NCBI GenBank assembly: GCA_013239625.1
Contig: MU053574.1
Location: 495,844-559,843 of the forward strand
Direction: 5' to 3'
DNA: 64,000 nt
Source: Lama guanicoe
Taxonomy: Eukaryota
Part shown: piece after piece, positions 12,414 through 24,512 of the stretch
How the letters are laid out: each line of letters begins with the position of its first letter
How positions within the stretch are numbered: the first letter of the stretch is position 1
Program-made: the position numbers and the translations under genes
Notes under the pieces: model-generated
Seen by the model: the letters and a program-made list of their open reading frames with translations, nothing else
What the model was told of the DNA's origin: nothing
Databases searched by the model: none

Positions 12414-15400
12414 AGAGCTTGGTCTTTTGGAATTGGAAGTGAGCAGAAAAGCCACAGAGACCTCACCTGGGAAAGAAATTGACCCTCAGAACAGGTTTGG
12501 ACAAGGCGACGACACTCAGATTCCGAATTCCCTTGCCCCTCCCACTTGGTCACTGCACTGGTCACATTTATCAGGAGCTACGATACAGCTGCCTGGAAGA
12601 ACGAAGTGGCCACACGTGTAATGACTCAGAAAGATCTCCGAGATGTCAGTCAAGTATAAAATAAGAAGCTGGGGAGGAAGAGTCAGACCTGCGTTAAGTG
12701 CATCAACACAGGTGAGAAGGTTGGAAAAAAGACCAGAAGGAAGCCAGAGATGATGGTCCTGGGGGAGGGAGGCAGACGTGATGGGGGGGAAGGGGGCCCC
12801 AGGGGCCCCCTCCCCCTCCAGTCTACTTGCTGGTTTTACAGGAGGCTTTTGCAACAAATAAAGCCAAAAAAAAGAAAAAAAAAGAAACAAACAAAGAAAG
12901 AAATCGATGTCTGCGAGGTCATGTGCCTCGGCCAGGGCCACACAGCCAGTGATGGGGGTGATGGATCTGGGTCAGAATCCATGTCCCACCTCCACCCACC
13001 AGCCCCGCCATGCACAGCCCTGCAAACATCAGATCAGAAGTCTCCTGGCTGCTTTTTTCTTATTTTCACCCTTTTCACCATGAGCAGTGGAGTGTGGCCA
13101 GGCCTCCAGGCCCCAGGGAGGCTCCCGGCCGGAGCCCGGCGCTGCACTGTTCTGGGCTGGGGAGTTTCAGCATTTTCCCATGTGCTCAGCCCTGCTGGGA
13201 TATGTCTTTAGGAGCCATTTTTCTTGTTTTCTTCTGCAACTATTTTTTGCTGCTACCTTAAATTCTGTTCCGTTTTTTTTTTATTCCACTCCAAAATGAA
13301 TGATTTTGCCCCAGGCTGAGAGCCCCCATGGTCACAATTATAGCCATCCAAACTGCAGCTTTCTTGTGAGGAACTGCAGAGGTTCACTCAGAAGATCTCA
13401 ATTATTTATCTTCACTAAACGAGGTGGGAAAGGTGGGAGTGGGGAGACCGAAGCCCAGAGAGGTCAAATGGCTGGCCCAGGGTCACACAGCACACTCAGC
13501 AGCCCAGCCTGGACCCCTACCACTCCAGCTACGGCATCTGCAGCCAAGAGGTTGCAAATACATTTCCCAGAAGGCTGAAGGGGCTGCCAGCTAACCGACT
13601 GCAGATAGAAGCCAAACCCGGGGGCCTGGCTATTCTCATATAGGACCCGAGACCTCCCCAGACACTGTCCTTGCCATCACCAGACCCTCCTGCACACAGG
13701 AACTGAGGCCTCTCCAAAGGTGCCCACCTGATGCTGTCTTCCTCAGATCCATCCGTGGCTTCTCCTTGCTGCGGGGTGTCGGGCAGGATTTTCAAAGGCT
13801 CGGTGCCATCTCTATGCCCGTGTGCACCCAGGAGCTCCCTGGCCTCCCCCGCCTGGGGTGTCAGCCTCGGTGCAGGCGCTGAGGCCAAGCTCTGGACCTT
13901 TAATGCCTCTCTCTGGCACGGGGACTCAGTTACCGTGGTCGGGGTGTCAGAGCGGATCCTGGAGGACGAATGGGACTGCAGTGGCACCCCACCCCATTCC
14001 GAGAACAGAGGGCACGGTCAGGACAGTGACGCAGGGCAGGGCCCCTTCCTAGGGGTGCGCTATGGGACTTGTGCTGCAGAGAAGGGGGCTGGGCCAGGGA
14101 AATCTGGGACTCGCAGACCATTCATTAGGACTTTTTAAAAGCATGTTTGAAAGTGATTCAGGCTTCCACGTGACACTGGAAGGGTTCCCCAGAGTACTGG
14201 GGTTGGGGATGGGAGGCTGGGGGCACTTAGAGGCAATTTGGAGCCCAGAGAGAGAGGAACAGAGGGCTGGCTCTGCACAAATGTCTGGAGAGGGGCTCCT
14301 GGGCCAGGAGGGCAGAGGGAATCCGCCCAGGTCCACACCAGAGTTGGGGAGCTTGGTCAGGGCAAGGGTCCTCCTGGAGGTGGGGGAGGACTGGCCACAA
14401 AGGAGAACGGGTGACTTCTGAGGTGATGGAAATGTGCTCTGCCTTCATTGGATACCCAGGTGTATAAATTTGTCAAGGCTCATCAAATTATATATGGACT
14501 ATTGCATTATCTGTAAATTATACCTCAGTAAAGTTTTTTTTTTTTAAGAAAGAACTAAGAAGACAGATTGAGGAGAAAATAGCCAAGGCAAGAGTCATCA
14601 CAGAAGTCTCCGTGAAAGTACTAGGGAGCCGTGGAAGGTTTCTGCACAAGGAGAGAGGACATGCTGACAGTCACACTTTGGAACTGTTGCTGTGGTGGTG
14701 GCGTGAATCACTGGAAAGGAAGGAAACAGGATTTGAGGATCCAAGGCCATTGCAGGGGGAGGAAAGACTCAGCAGAGGGGCTACGCATCTCAACTCTGTG
14801 TTCACTCGTCCATCCATCCATCCATCCATCCATCCACCCGGCCCACCCAGGAGCATTAATGAGCTCCCCGTCATGGACCAGGCTCTCTGTACTCTAGGGT
14901 CACAGGGCATGCGGCAGAAACACCGGTCATCATCCCAGCTCACACTTCCTGTCTGCTTCCTGTGTCCTTCAGACAATAACTCTAGAGACAGATACTAAGA
15001 TCCTCTTTTCACAGGTGAGAAATCTGAGGCCCAGAGAAGTTCACGTCTTGCCCAAGACCACACAGCCTGTGGGTGACATATTGTATTTGCCTGGGAAGCC
15101 TGTGGGTATAGCCATCCTGCAGCCCTGCCCCCCTGCAGAACAGAAGGCTGATCGCCAGTGTAGACACAGTTAATTGAGCAAGGGCGTGGAATGAGCAAAG
15201 TCCCCTCTGAGCCTTTTAATGGGTCTCTGGGGGTGACCCAGAGGTGGCTGGACAGGGAAGTGAGACTCCGGACAGAGGGCCCAGCGTGAACTAAGATGGA
15301 GGTCAGGCCTGGCTGGCACCGTGCCGCACAGCCCTCCAACAGCCTCCTGTTTTAATGAGCATTTACTATACCAAGCCTGCTGGCGAGTGCTCCAACTGCA

Positions 15401-16934
15401 GTCTCACTGACTCTTCCATGATCCTGAAAGGGAGGGTGAACCTTCCTGCCTCCAGACGTGGAAACCGGGACGCGGGGAAATCAAGCAACTTGCCTGCGGT
15501 TTGCTCATGGACATGGAGCGGGGAGGCCAGGAGGGTCCCCATCCAGCGTCCCCGGCTCTAAAGATGCCGGGTCCTGATGGTTAGGCTGTGCGCTCAGTGA
15601 CCCCGCCACGGCTCCCAGTGATCTGTGCCGGCGGGGCCGCCGCCGAGGGCTTCGACAAATTATTTGCTGATCACCTGGAAGGAACCTCTCGGAAAAGTTC
15701 CTCACCACCCTGACATTCCACGACTAACAACAAAACCGTGTCAAAACGAAGCCTGATAAAGCGGGAAATGGGGAATAAAATGAAATAAAATCAGCTCCTA
15801 TCTACAAGAAACTTCAAATTAGTTCAATCAAATCCATCTTCCACGGCTTGGCGATTGATACCCCAGACCAGGGGTTGATCTCCGATGAAGGCACTGGGGA
15901 CGTGCAAAGGAAATGGAAATTATCATTTGCAAACATTAGGCTGACACTTTGTGCGTGTGGGGGGATGAGGGCTGACAGCTCTGATTCGCCAGCACGGCTC
16001 CTCTCTGCGGAGGAGGGCTCTGTGGATTAAAGGGGGCCCCTTTCATGGCAGCCCATCTTCATCTTCGCTGCTCATTAAAACTTTGTGGAGCTGGAGAACT
16101 TGGAGGAAGAGAGGAAGCTGTAGGAAGCTTCTGAGGGACTTTAGGTACACATTTGTTGAAAGGTGTTTGAGAAGGGAGCCTTGGGTCTGACAAACCGGAT
16201 TTTAGTGCGGCTCTCCGTTCACAGCGGGCTAAAATAATTGGTCATCAGTGACTACTAATTCGGTTTAGTAGCCAGAGGCAATTTTTTTCTTCCTGGAAAA
16301 TCAATGACAGCACGGAGGTCTGTTCAACGTGGTTCTGCTTAAGACGGGTCCTTATTTGGTGCTTGATGCTTTTTCCAGTGAAGACAGCTATTTTGTTAAA
16401 ATAAAATTAAAATCCATCTCTAAGGTCCCAGCGGTCTGCTGCTCCCAGGGGGCGGGAGAGGCCGGCGCGCTGGTGCCCGCACAGCCTCAAGGGCTGAGTG
16501 GACGGTGGCCTCTGGGACAGGCTGCACCAGCTCGGAGTGAAATTCAGAATACGCCTTGGGCCCTAGAGGTCTGGTTTTGGAGGAGGGAAGAGGCTGGAGG
16601 GCTGGGTTTCTCTTGGCCGTTCTAAATCAAAATCCAGCCCACAAGGGACACCTGACAGCCGCACCGTCTAAGGAGATCCAGCTTCTCCTCCACCTGCGGG
16701 AGGTGCTTCTCTGAGCTGGACCCGAGCAGTGAGGCTCAGGGCTCCAGGCACCTCCCTGCTCCCCACCGCCTGAGGCTTCGCGAACATGTCCATCTGTGGG
16801 CAGGTGACCTTGGTGACCATTCCTGAGCACTTTACGTGTGCCTAAAGTTGTACCACTGTTTCTTGTAATAAGCGATTCTGACATTACCCCATAGGCTACC
16901 AAAGCCACAGCTAAAGCTTTTTGTCGGTTTGCTT

Positions 16935-17330
16935 GTTTTTTGTAATTGAATTTTTTAAATTGAGGTCATTGTAGATTCACATGTAGTCTTAGGAAATAAT
17001 ACATCAACTTAAAAAATAAAACAAAACAAAAAACTCCACAAAAACCAAAAACAACAAAAAAGAAATAAGACCGAGAGACCCCATGTACGCCTTACCCGAT
17101 TTCCCGCAGTGCTGACATCTGGCGAGACTAAAGAACAAAATCCAAGCCGGGACACTGACATGGAACAATCCACCCGTCTTAGTCGGATGCCGTTGACTCA
17201 TGCTCACTTGTGTATTTGCTTCGACACAGTTTTATCACACGCATAGGCTCGCGTAGTCACCACCATGGTCAAGACACACAACAGCCCCATCAACCTGCAG
17301 GTCCTCCCTGTTGCCCTTGGATGACCTCGC
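16935..17330 (-). mobile_element. Old L1M 3'UTR (antisense)
   Basis: tgtagattcacatgtagtcttaggaaataataca...gagaccccatgtac...caccatggtcaagacacacaacag. Confidence 0.65.
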
Positions 17331-18405
17331 CCCGCTCCTTCCCACACTGTACCCACGTGCAGGGATGCTTTTCTTTTTGTCCTTACAAGAGCCCTAGCAG
17401 AAAGGAACTATTGCCGTCTCACCTCCTGTTTTACTGATAAAGCAGCTGGTTGATAAAGCACTATTGATGTTGATCCTGAACTACCGATAAAGAGTTCAGT
17501 GAGAGAAAACGCCTTGCTCCGAATCCATATGTGGCAACACTACCCAAATGTGGTTGCAGGTAGAAGACTCTAGTTCCTGCCTGGCCAGCAGACATGCTTA
17601 GTTTGGTCTATAGCCTTTAAAAATTCTTGTGACCAACATATATTTTTAAGTCTGAAGAACTCACATAGAAATCCCAATGTCTGGCTTTTCTTAGTGAGGC
17701 ATTAGATCATCTGGTAACACTGGGCCCACATCGCCACCTGTCAGTAAGTGGCTGCAGCTGCCACCCTGGGACCAGGCATGTGCTTGAGTTTGCTGCAGTC
17801 CCCACCACTCCCTATTGTCTTACACGGGGCTGGCTTTGCCCTTTGACCTGCCACGCCTCTGCAGGTACATGATACTACAACCCCAGCTCTATGGCTCTTA
17901 AAGAGCAAAAGTACTTGGCATTGCTCTTCCTTCCTAGGAGCTCAGAGAACTCTTTCCCATTGACCTCACAGGAGCTAGTATTGGTCCCACGTACAGATGG
18001 AGAAGTGGAGGCCCATGGCGATGGTATGTGATAAGCCCCAAGTCTCCCAACACGGGAGCAGGAGAGTGCTGTGTTGAGTTGGAGTCTTCAGGTTTCAAGG
18101 CCGGAATTTCATCCTCTCTCTGCCTTCATCCCTGCTCCCCCTAGAAAGGGGGTGCTGGGAGGGACAGGAAGGAGTGGGAAGAGAGAGGGAACTCCCTTAG
18201 AGGAGAAACGGGGTGACAAGGTGTGAAGGAGAAAACAAAGGCCAACCTGCCCACTGGGCCCGGGAAGCATGGTGCCTGGGCCCCAGACACGCCTAGGGGC
18301 CCACGAAGATGCTCTCATTGCTTTTAAAATCGGAAGACAAAAATAAAAATAATCCAGCCTGGGTTATATTCAGCTTTATACCAGCACAGCCACGAACTAT
18401 TTTAA

Positions 18406-18472
18406 ATCATCACCATCATCACCATCATCATCATTGTGATTATGATTATTACTACTAATACTATTACTATTT
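18406..18472. repeat. (CAT)n / (TAT)n low-complexity trinucleotide tract
   Basis: atcatcaccatcatcaccatcatcatcatt...attattactactaatactattact. Confidence 0.8.
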
Positions 18473-20020
18473 ATGGAGGAAGGGGCTCATGAAGGCAAGA
18501 GTGTCCAGGGTCCCCGGAAGTCCTGCCCTAGAGCCAGAAGACACAGGCCTTGACCCGCATCAGAAGCTGCATGTTAATCCTGTCTCTCCTCCCCACAGCC
18601 TGTGGAGGACAGAGGTTCTCAGTCCCCGAACAAGAGTCGCCCAGAGAGCTCATGGAAAGTCGAGTTGCCTGGGTCCCACCATCGGACAATCTGGCTCACC
18701 AGGTCTGGGCTGGGGCCCAGGCAGCTACATTGTTCCAAGGGCGCACTCCCCGTCCCCAGGGGATCCTGGCCACGTGGCCCCTGGTCCCTGGAGGTCACAG
18801 CTCTGAGCCTTTGCCTGGCAGAGGCCCCTGCAGCCTGGTGGCCACCAGCACCTCTGCCTGGGGAGGGCTGGCCGGTCAGCTCTGGCCCCAAGGGACCCCT
18901 GCGGCCCCTTCACCCCCTCTCACCCCCTCGCCCCCCCTCCACCCTCTTCTTAATCGTCCCGCTTGGCCCGAGGGGCTGCCTTTCTAAGCGGCCTGGGAGA
19001 AGGGGTGGTAATTGAAGCCAAGCCTCTCTCGCTGGCAGGACTCTTAGAGCTAATTAGAGAAGAGGGCCTCTGGGCTTCTGGTTACTTTTTAATTGTTTGT
19101 GGATCCAACATAAAAGCTAATGACAGAGGAGGGAGGCTGAGTCAGCCACGCACCCCTGACTTCTAAATTTGTCTAAGAGGTCATTTGCAATTTGTTAACA
19201 TTTTTCACAAGGGCGAATTCAATTAGCAGTTCCTGCACAGGCGCCCAGCGGAGGGCAGCAGGATGGGCAGCGGAACTAGATGGGTTTTCAGGCTTCTCCC
19301 GACTTTGAGCGCCCGTGCCCAGAACTTGGGCGTTCTCCCTGCATCCCCTGCCCCGACGTGCACCCCACACCTGGCACAGCTGGCTGGGGCTTGAGCCCCT
19401 CTGGAGCAGAAAAGCCTCAATACAGACGAACGGGCATCACTGAGGAGGAAATGGCCTCTAGACCCCTCCGGAATCCGTGTGCTGGGGGATCCCGGCATTT
19501 GGGTAAACAGGCGAGTACCAGGCGGGGCATCCCCGACGGGGAGCATGGGGGTGGTAGCGAGAGCGCCCGGAGAACGGTCCAGATGTGTCCGTCGGGGTGT
19601 CTGCATAAGCTGAGGGAGCCCTGCTCCCACCCAGCAACTCTGCCTGTGGACCGTGACCCCGAGGAATCCTGCACACAGGCGTGAAGTGAGCAGGGCGCCT
19701 CGTTGTCATGGGAGAGACAAGAAGCACCTGGGTGTCCAGTGATGGGACACGGATACGCCCACGCGGCTAACTCGCACAGCGGACCAGGTGACTTTTGCAA
19801 ATGTGCAGAGTGAAAAAGCAAGTTGCCATGCAAAGTGACTTAAACGGTATGAAAACACACTAAATAGTAGGCGTTATCTGTGGACATCTAACCATAGAGC
19901 AAAAATATGCACACCTGGGTGGGAGGCATGCCTGTCCCAGCCTCAGGAAGCAGAGGGAAGGGTGCGGGGTTAGGGACAACTGTATTTATTATATTTTATT
20001 TCTTTAATAATAATTTTTAC

Positions 20021-20134
20021 TTTTTTGAGGGGGGAGGTGATTAGGTTTTTAAACATTTATTTATTTTCTTATTTATGTGGAGGAACTGGGGTTTGAACCC
20101 AAGACCTCGTGCATGCTAAGCTATACCCTCCCCC
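20021..20134 (-). mobile_element. vic-1-type SINE with internal deletion
   Basis: gcatgctaag is joined directly to ctataccctcccc. Flanking aataataatt at 20006-20015 and 20138-20147. Confidence 0.85.
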
Positions 20135-20248
20135 ACCAATAATAATTATTAAAAAAAAGGATCAGAAGCAAATATGGCCAAGTGGTGACATTTGTTAACT
20201 TCCAGTGTTGGGTTCATGGCTGTTAGTAATGTAACTTCTGGACTTTTC

Positions 20249-20295
20249 TTCCTTCCTTCCTTCCTTCCTTCCTTCCTTCCTTCCTTCCTTCCTTC

Positions 20296-20342
<47 letters not shown>

Positions 20343-20382
20343 TTTTTCTTTCTTTCTTTCCTTCTTTCCTTCTTTCTTTCTT

Positions 20383-20414
<32 letters not shown>

Positions 20415-20441
20415 TTTCTCTCTCTCTCTCTTTCTTTCTTT
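20249..20441. repeat. Compound microsatellite (TTCC)n(TTTC)n(TC)n
   Basis: Directly visible. Source of the KERK- and FLSF-rich pseudo-ORFs. Confidence 0.95.
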
Positions 20442-20701
20442 TGGAGAATTTCCCCCTAAACACAAAAGAGGATTGGCAGAAATGTCTGGTCCTCGGGAAA
20501 GCATTTACACCCGTCCTCTTTAGGCTGATTACAACTCTTGACTGATTACAAAGAACTTCTGTATTTTTCATAGAAGCATAACGGGCAAGGGGTAACAGGA
20601 GGCCGGGGGCAGCCACTGCACGATAACAATGCTGAAGGCGGTCTCTCAAAGCCCAGTGTCTAAAATGCAGCACTTTCTTTGTGTTAAGATGCTTTGGTGG
20701 T

Positions 20702-21152
20702 TGTCGTGAGGCGGCCCCCGAAAAGGTATGTCCTGGTTCTAACCCCCAGAGCCCAGGAATGTGACCTTATTTGGAAAAGGGATCTTTGCAGATGTAATTA
20801 AGTGAAGGACCTTGAGTTCAGATCACCCTGCATTACTCGGGTGAGGCCTAAGTTCAATGCCGAGTGTCTCTATTCAAGACAAAAGAGAAAAAGACACAGA
20901 GACACAAAGAAGGAGGCCCTGTGACCACGAGGGCAGAGACTGGGGAGATGCGACCACAAGCCCAGGAATGCTTGGGCCACCAGAGGCTGCAAAAGGCAAG
21001 GAAGGAGTCTACCCTGGATCCTTCAGAGGGAGGGAGGCCCTGTGACAGCTGGATTTTGGACTTCTGGCCTCCACATCATCAGACAGCACATTTCTGCTGT
21101 TTCCAGACACCGGGTTTGTGGTCATTTGTTACAGAAGCCCGGGAAGCTAATG
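20702..21152 (+). mobile_element. MaLR LTR (MLT1C/D-like)
   Basis: gaatgtgaccttatttggaaaagggatctttgcagatgtaattaag...ggacttctggcctcca...atttctgctgttt...gtcatttgttacag. Confidence 0.8.
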
Positions 21153-23152
21153 GCTGAAGCTCAGGCCTGACAAGTCCGCGCCCAGGGGAGAGCTGGACGT
21201 CTCCCGTGTTCTTCGGCCTGAGAAATCGGCTGTTCCCAGCGTCAGGGGGAGACCACATTCCAGCTGTCTGTTTTTTCTTGCACCTTCAGTCAACAAGCAT
21301 TTATCAAGCACCTACTATATTCCAGGCACCGGGGACAGCAGGGAGCAAAACCAGGAGTCGCCCATGGCCTCCCTGGGCCCCCTGCCCCGCCCGCCACTCC
21401 CCACCTGGAAATGACATGCCTGTGTTGCTATTTTATCCATTTGTTGCCTGCTGTGTTTTGTGTCCCGTTTCCTCTCTGTCTCCCAAACATCCAGCATAAC
21501 GCCCAGCAAAGGGGCCACTAAAAGGCCACACAGCCTAGGACAGAGGTAACGAATGTGGCCTTGGAGGTCAACCTGGGCCTCGGTTTCCCCATCTGTAAAA
21601 TGGGGATGAGAGAGTGGCTCCCTAAAATGTCACTCTGAGGGTCACGTGGGAGGATGTGGCCAGGACCGAGCCAGGCCCTGAGCTGGTCCCCAGTGCGACG
21701 TGCACATCTATGAGTTCTTTTGCTTGCGGCAGCTGTAAGGACAGGAGGTGATGTGTCGGGCTGGAGGCCTGGCCCTTCTCGCGGCCCCCATAATACTGGC
21801 TGGCTCCCAGCAGCAGCACCCGCCCCTCCATGCCTGTGTCACGGGGAACACCGTGTCCCTGGAGGGGCTGTACCCCAGCCACACATCTAACCGTGTTGAG
21901 GCGGGGGGCTGCGGAGGTGAAGGGAAGGGGCCCTGGGCCGGGCTGCGCCCCAAGCCTGCTCCCCATGCTTCGCCCACCGCAGGCGAGGCCCAGCTCGGGA
22001 AGGATGGAAAGCGGGAGCCGCAGCCTGTGAGGTGCACCTGGGGAGGCCCCCGGGGGGAGCGGCCGGGCCTCGTTAGCGCTGACCCCCGGAGCCGAGTGCC
22101 TCCTGATTGATGGGGTTCCGGCGGGACAGGCCCCGGGGGAGCAGCAGTCCTATCTATTACGGGCCCATCGGCGCCTCCCTGAGCCCTCCCTGCTCCGAAT
22201 GCCACGAGCCTCGGGCCGGGAATAAATCTCTGTCTGGGCCTCTGGAGAGCCAGCCGAGAGGGAAAAAAGGCAAAGTGTGAAAAATGTCTTCTTCCCGGCT
22301 CTGGCAACAAAGCCGCCTTGCAGGAAGAAGCCAGCAGGGGCTTGGGGAGGTGGGAGAGGATGGAACAGGAGCAGGGGCAGGCGGGCAGCGGGTCCCAGAG
22401 AGGCTGGGCTTCTGGGAAGGGAAGAGGGAGAGGCTGGGGCCCTCGAACCACCCCCTTCCCCAGCTGCATCTCCCCCCACCAGCCCCGACCCGTCTAACAG
22501 AACTCCTTCCAGATCAGGCCCATGAGGGGAAGCAGGCTGGCTCTGAAGAGGGGGGACCTCTGCTGGGTCCAGTTGGGGTGTCCCAGGCTCCAGCCGGGCT
22601 GTGACTTCTGGCCAACACCTCCGCCTTCCCTGAGAATCTTTTCTAGCCGCTAAGTGCCAGGGTCCTAGAGTAAACGCGCTTTTGCTTACCACCTGCAACC
22701 TCTGGCTAAGGGACATTCCGTGCCTCAGTTCCTCGTGGTGAATGGAGATGCCGGGCTTTGGTGAGAATTAAGTGAGTTACCCTGGGGAAAGCTGGCCCCA
22801 GTGAGTGCCCTCCAACCCTGGCCTCGGTCAGTCATTGTTCACAGACATATCCTGCTGTGAGGACTCACCTCCAGCTTGCATCTGCCTCCCGGAGGCCAGC
22901 GCCTGCGGATATGGGCAGCCACTCTGGAGGAAAATGTGGCTGAAATCTGCGGCTGCCACAGACTGGCCACGTGGCCTTGGACAACCGGGTCTCTGAGCCT
23001 CAGTGTCCCCATCCATAAAATGGGGCTACTCGTCCTTACATGGCACAGTCATGAGGATTTAATGAGATGATACATGTAAAGTGCTCAGTGTTACACCCAT
23101 CAGCCACTTAGCGAGGGCTCTGCAAGTGTTAACACCTGTACTGGCCCCCAGA

Positions 23153-23171
23153 CACACACACACACACACAC
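23153..23171. repeat. Short (CA)n microsatellite
   Basis: Directly visible. Confidence 0.85.
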
Positions 23172-24345
23172 GCACTGGTCCTTGTATTGTTTTCTGAAGC
23201 CCCTAAGAGCAAAGCCCCTCCACTGAACTCATAGCATGACCTCAGAGAGTTGAGGATTATCTGCATCTTTTCTCATCCAGCTGGAAGACCTCATTCCTTG
23301 CCACATTCTTTGTATCCAATGGTCTCCCTCTCCCATCCTACTCACCATCCTGACGTCTCCCCTCCCCTCTGTTTATGGGCCTTCTCCTGAATCTTATGAT
23401 GGCCTACATTTTTAACTTGAAGCTACAAGTGTGACCTGAGCAGAAAAATAAAATAGGAAGGTCACCTCCCTCATTCTGGACTTGCTGCCTCTATTAATGT
23501 GACCAAGGAACACATTCAGTCTTTGAGGCAGCATCCTTGCAATGCTGATTCATAACATCAACCAAAGGGGAATGCAGCAGAGCCTGCTAAATGACACAGA
23601 AATTGCTAGATTTACCATCTCATCTCTGGGTCTCACATCAACTATCTCTTCTCTTTCAAGAATGTCTCAAAGCTTTAAAAGGCCTGGGACCACATTTCTC
23701 CAACAAATATTTACTGAGTGCCTACTGTCTTCCAGTCTCTGATGATACAGTGGTGGACAAAACTGACACGGTCCCTATCCTCCAGGACCTGGGTGTACCC
23801 AGTGAAGCAGCAGAGAGCTATTTCACTACAGCTGTAGCCAGTGCTGGGGAGCAGACTGGTGGGGGTGGGGGCGCGTTGCCTGGCAGGAGGTACATTTCAG
23901 GCCCTGCTCCCAGGTGCGGGGGGTCTTCCCGAGATCCACATGCTCCCCCTTGTGGTCAGCCCGGTTTCACTCAACGGCGTTTCGGGTCACCTGGAGCGGG
24001 CCTCCGCATCCAGAAACCGTCTCGGCTCCCTGGGACAGTTACGGGGGAGGGGCTTATTATTATTTCACAGGCATTTGGGTGGGTGGCTTGGATTTTGGCC
24101 GTCGGCTCCAGGAGAAACAAAATCACCCAGAGTGATGGATGGGCCCATTGTAAATTTGTAAAATAAATCCGCTTGGCAGAGAGATTCAAAAAACCTGTCA
24201 GGCAGCAAACATTTTTTTAACAGCCTGTAAAATTTCCTCCATCCTTCACATTTGTCAGTGTCAGGGTGATGATGCATCTGATAGCGGGGCGGGCAGCAGC
24301 CGCAGACAGGAGGGTGGGCTGGCAGCCCTCCTCTTCATCCTTAAG

Positions 24346-24400
24346 TTTCTTTCTTTCTTTCTTTCTTTCTTCCTTTCTTTCTTTCTTTCTTTCTTTCTTC

Positions 24401-24465
<65 letters not shown>

Positions 24466-24512
24466 TCCTTTCTTTCCTTCTTTCTTCCTTTCCTTCTTTC
24501 TTTCTTTCTTTT
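24346..24512. repeat. (TTTC)n microsatellite derived from the pseudogene poly(A) tail
   Basis: Visible tetranucleotide array starting about 15 nt past the AATAAA and ending at the TSD. Confidence 0.95.

Noticed and set aside
20149..20673. 174-aa KERK-rich ORF and the opposite-strand FLSF ORFs (also at 24261-24562)
   Set aside because: Translations of (TTTC)n/(TTCC)n microsatellites.
21708..22716. Long overlapping ORFs of 253 and 188 aa
   Set aside because: Pro/Gly/Arg/Ala-rich products of GC-rich DNA, open in several frames, with no recognisable domain or splice structure.
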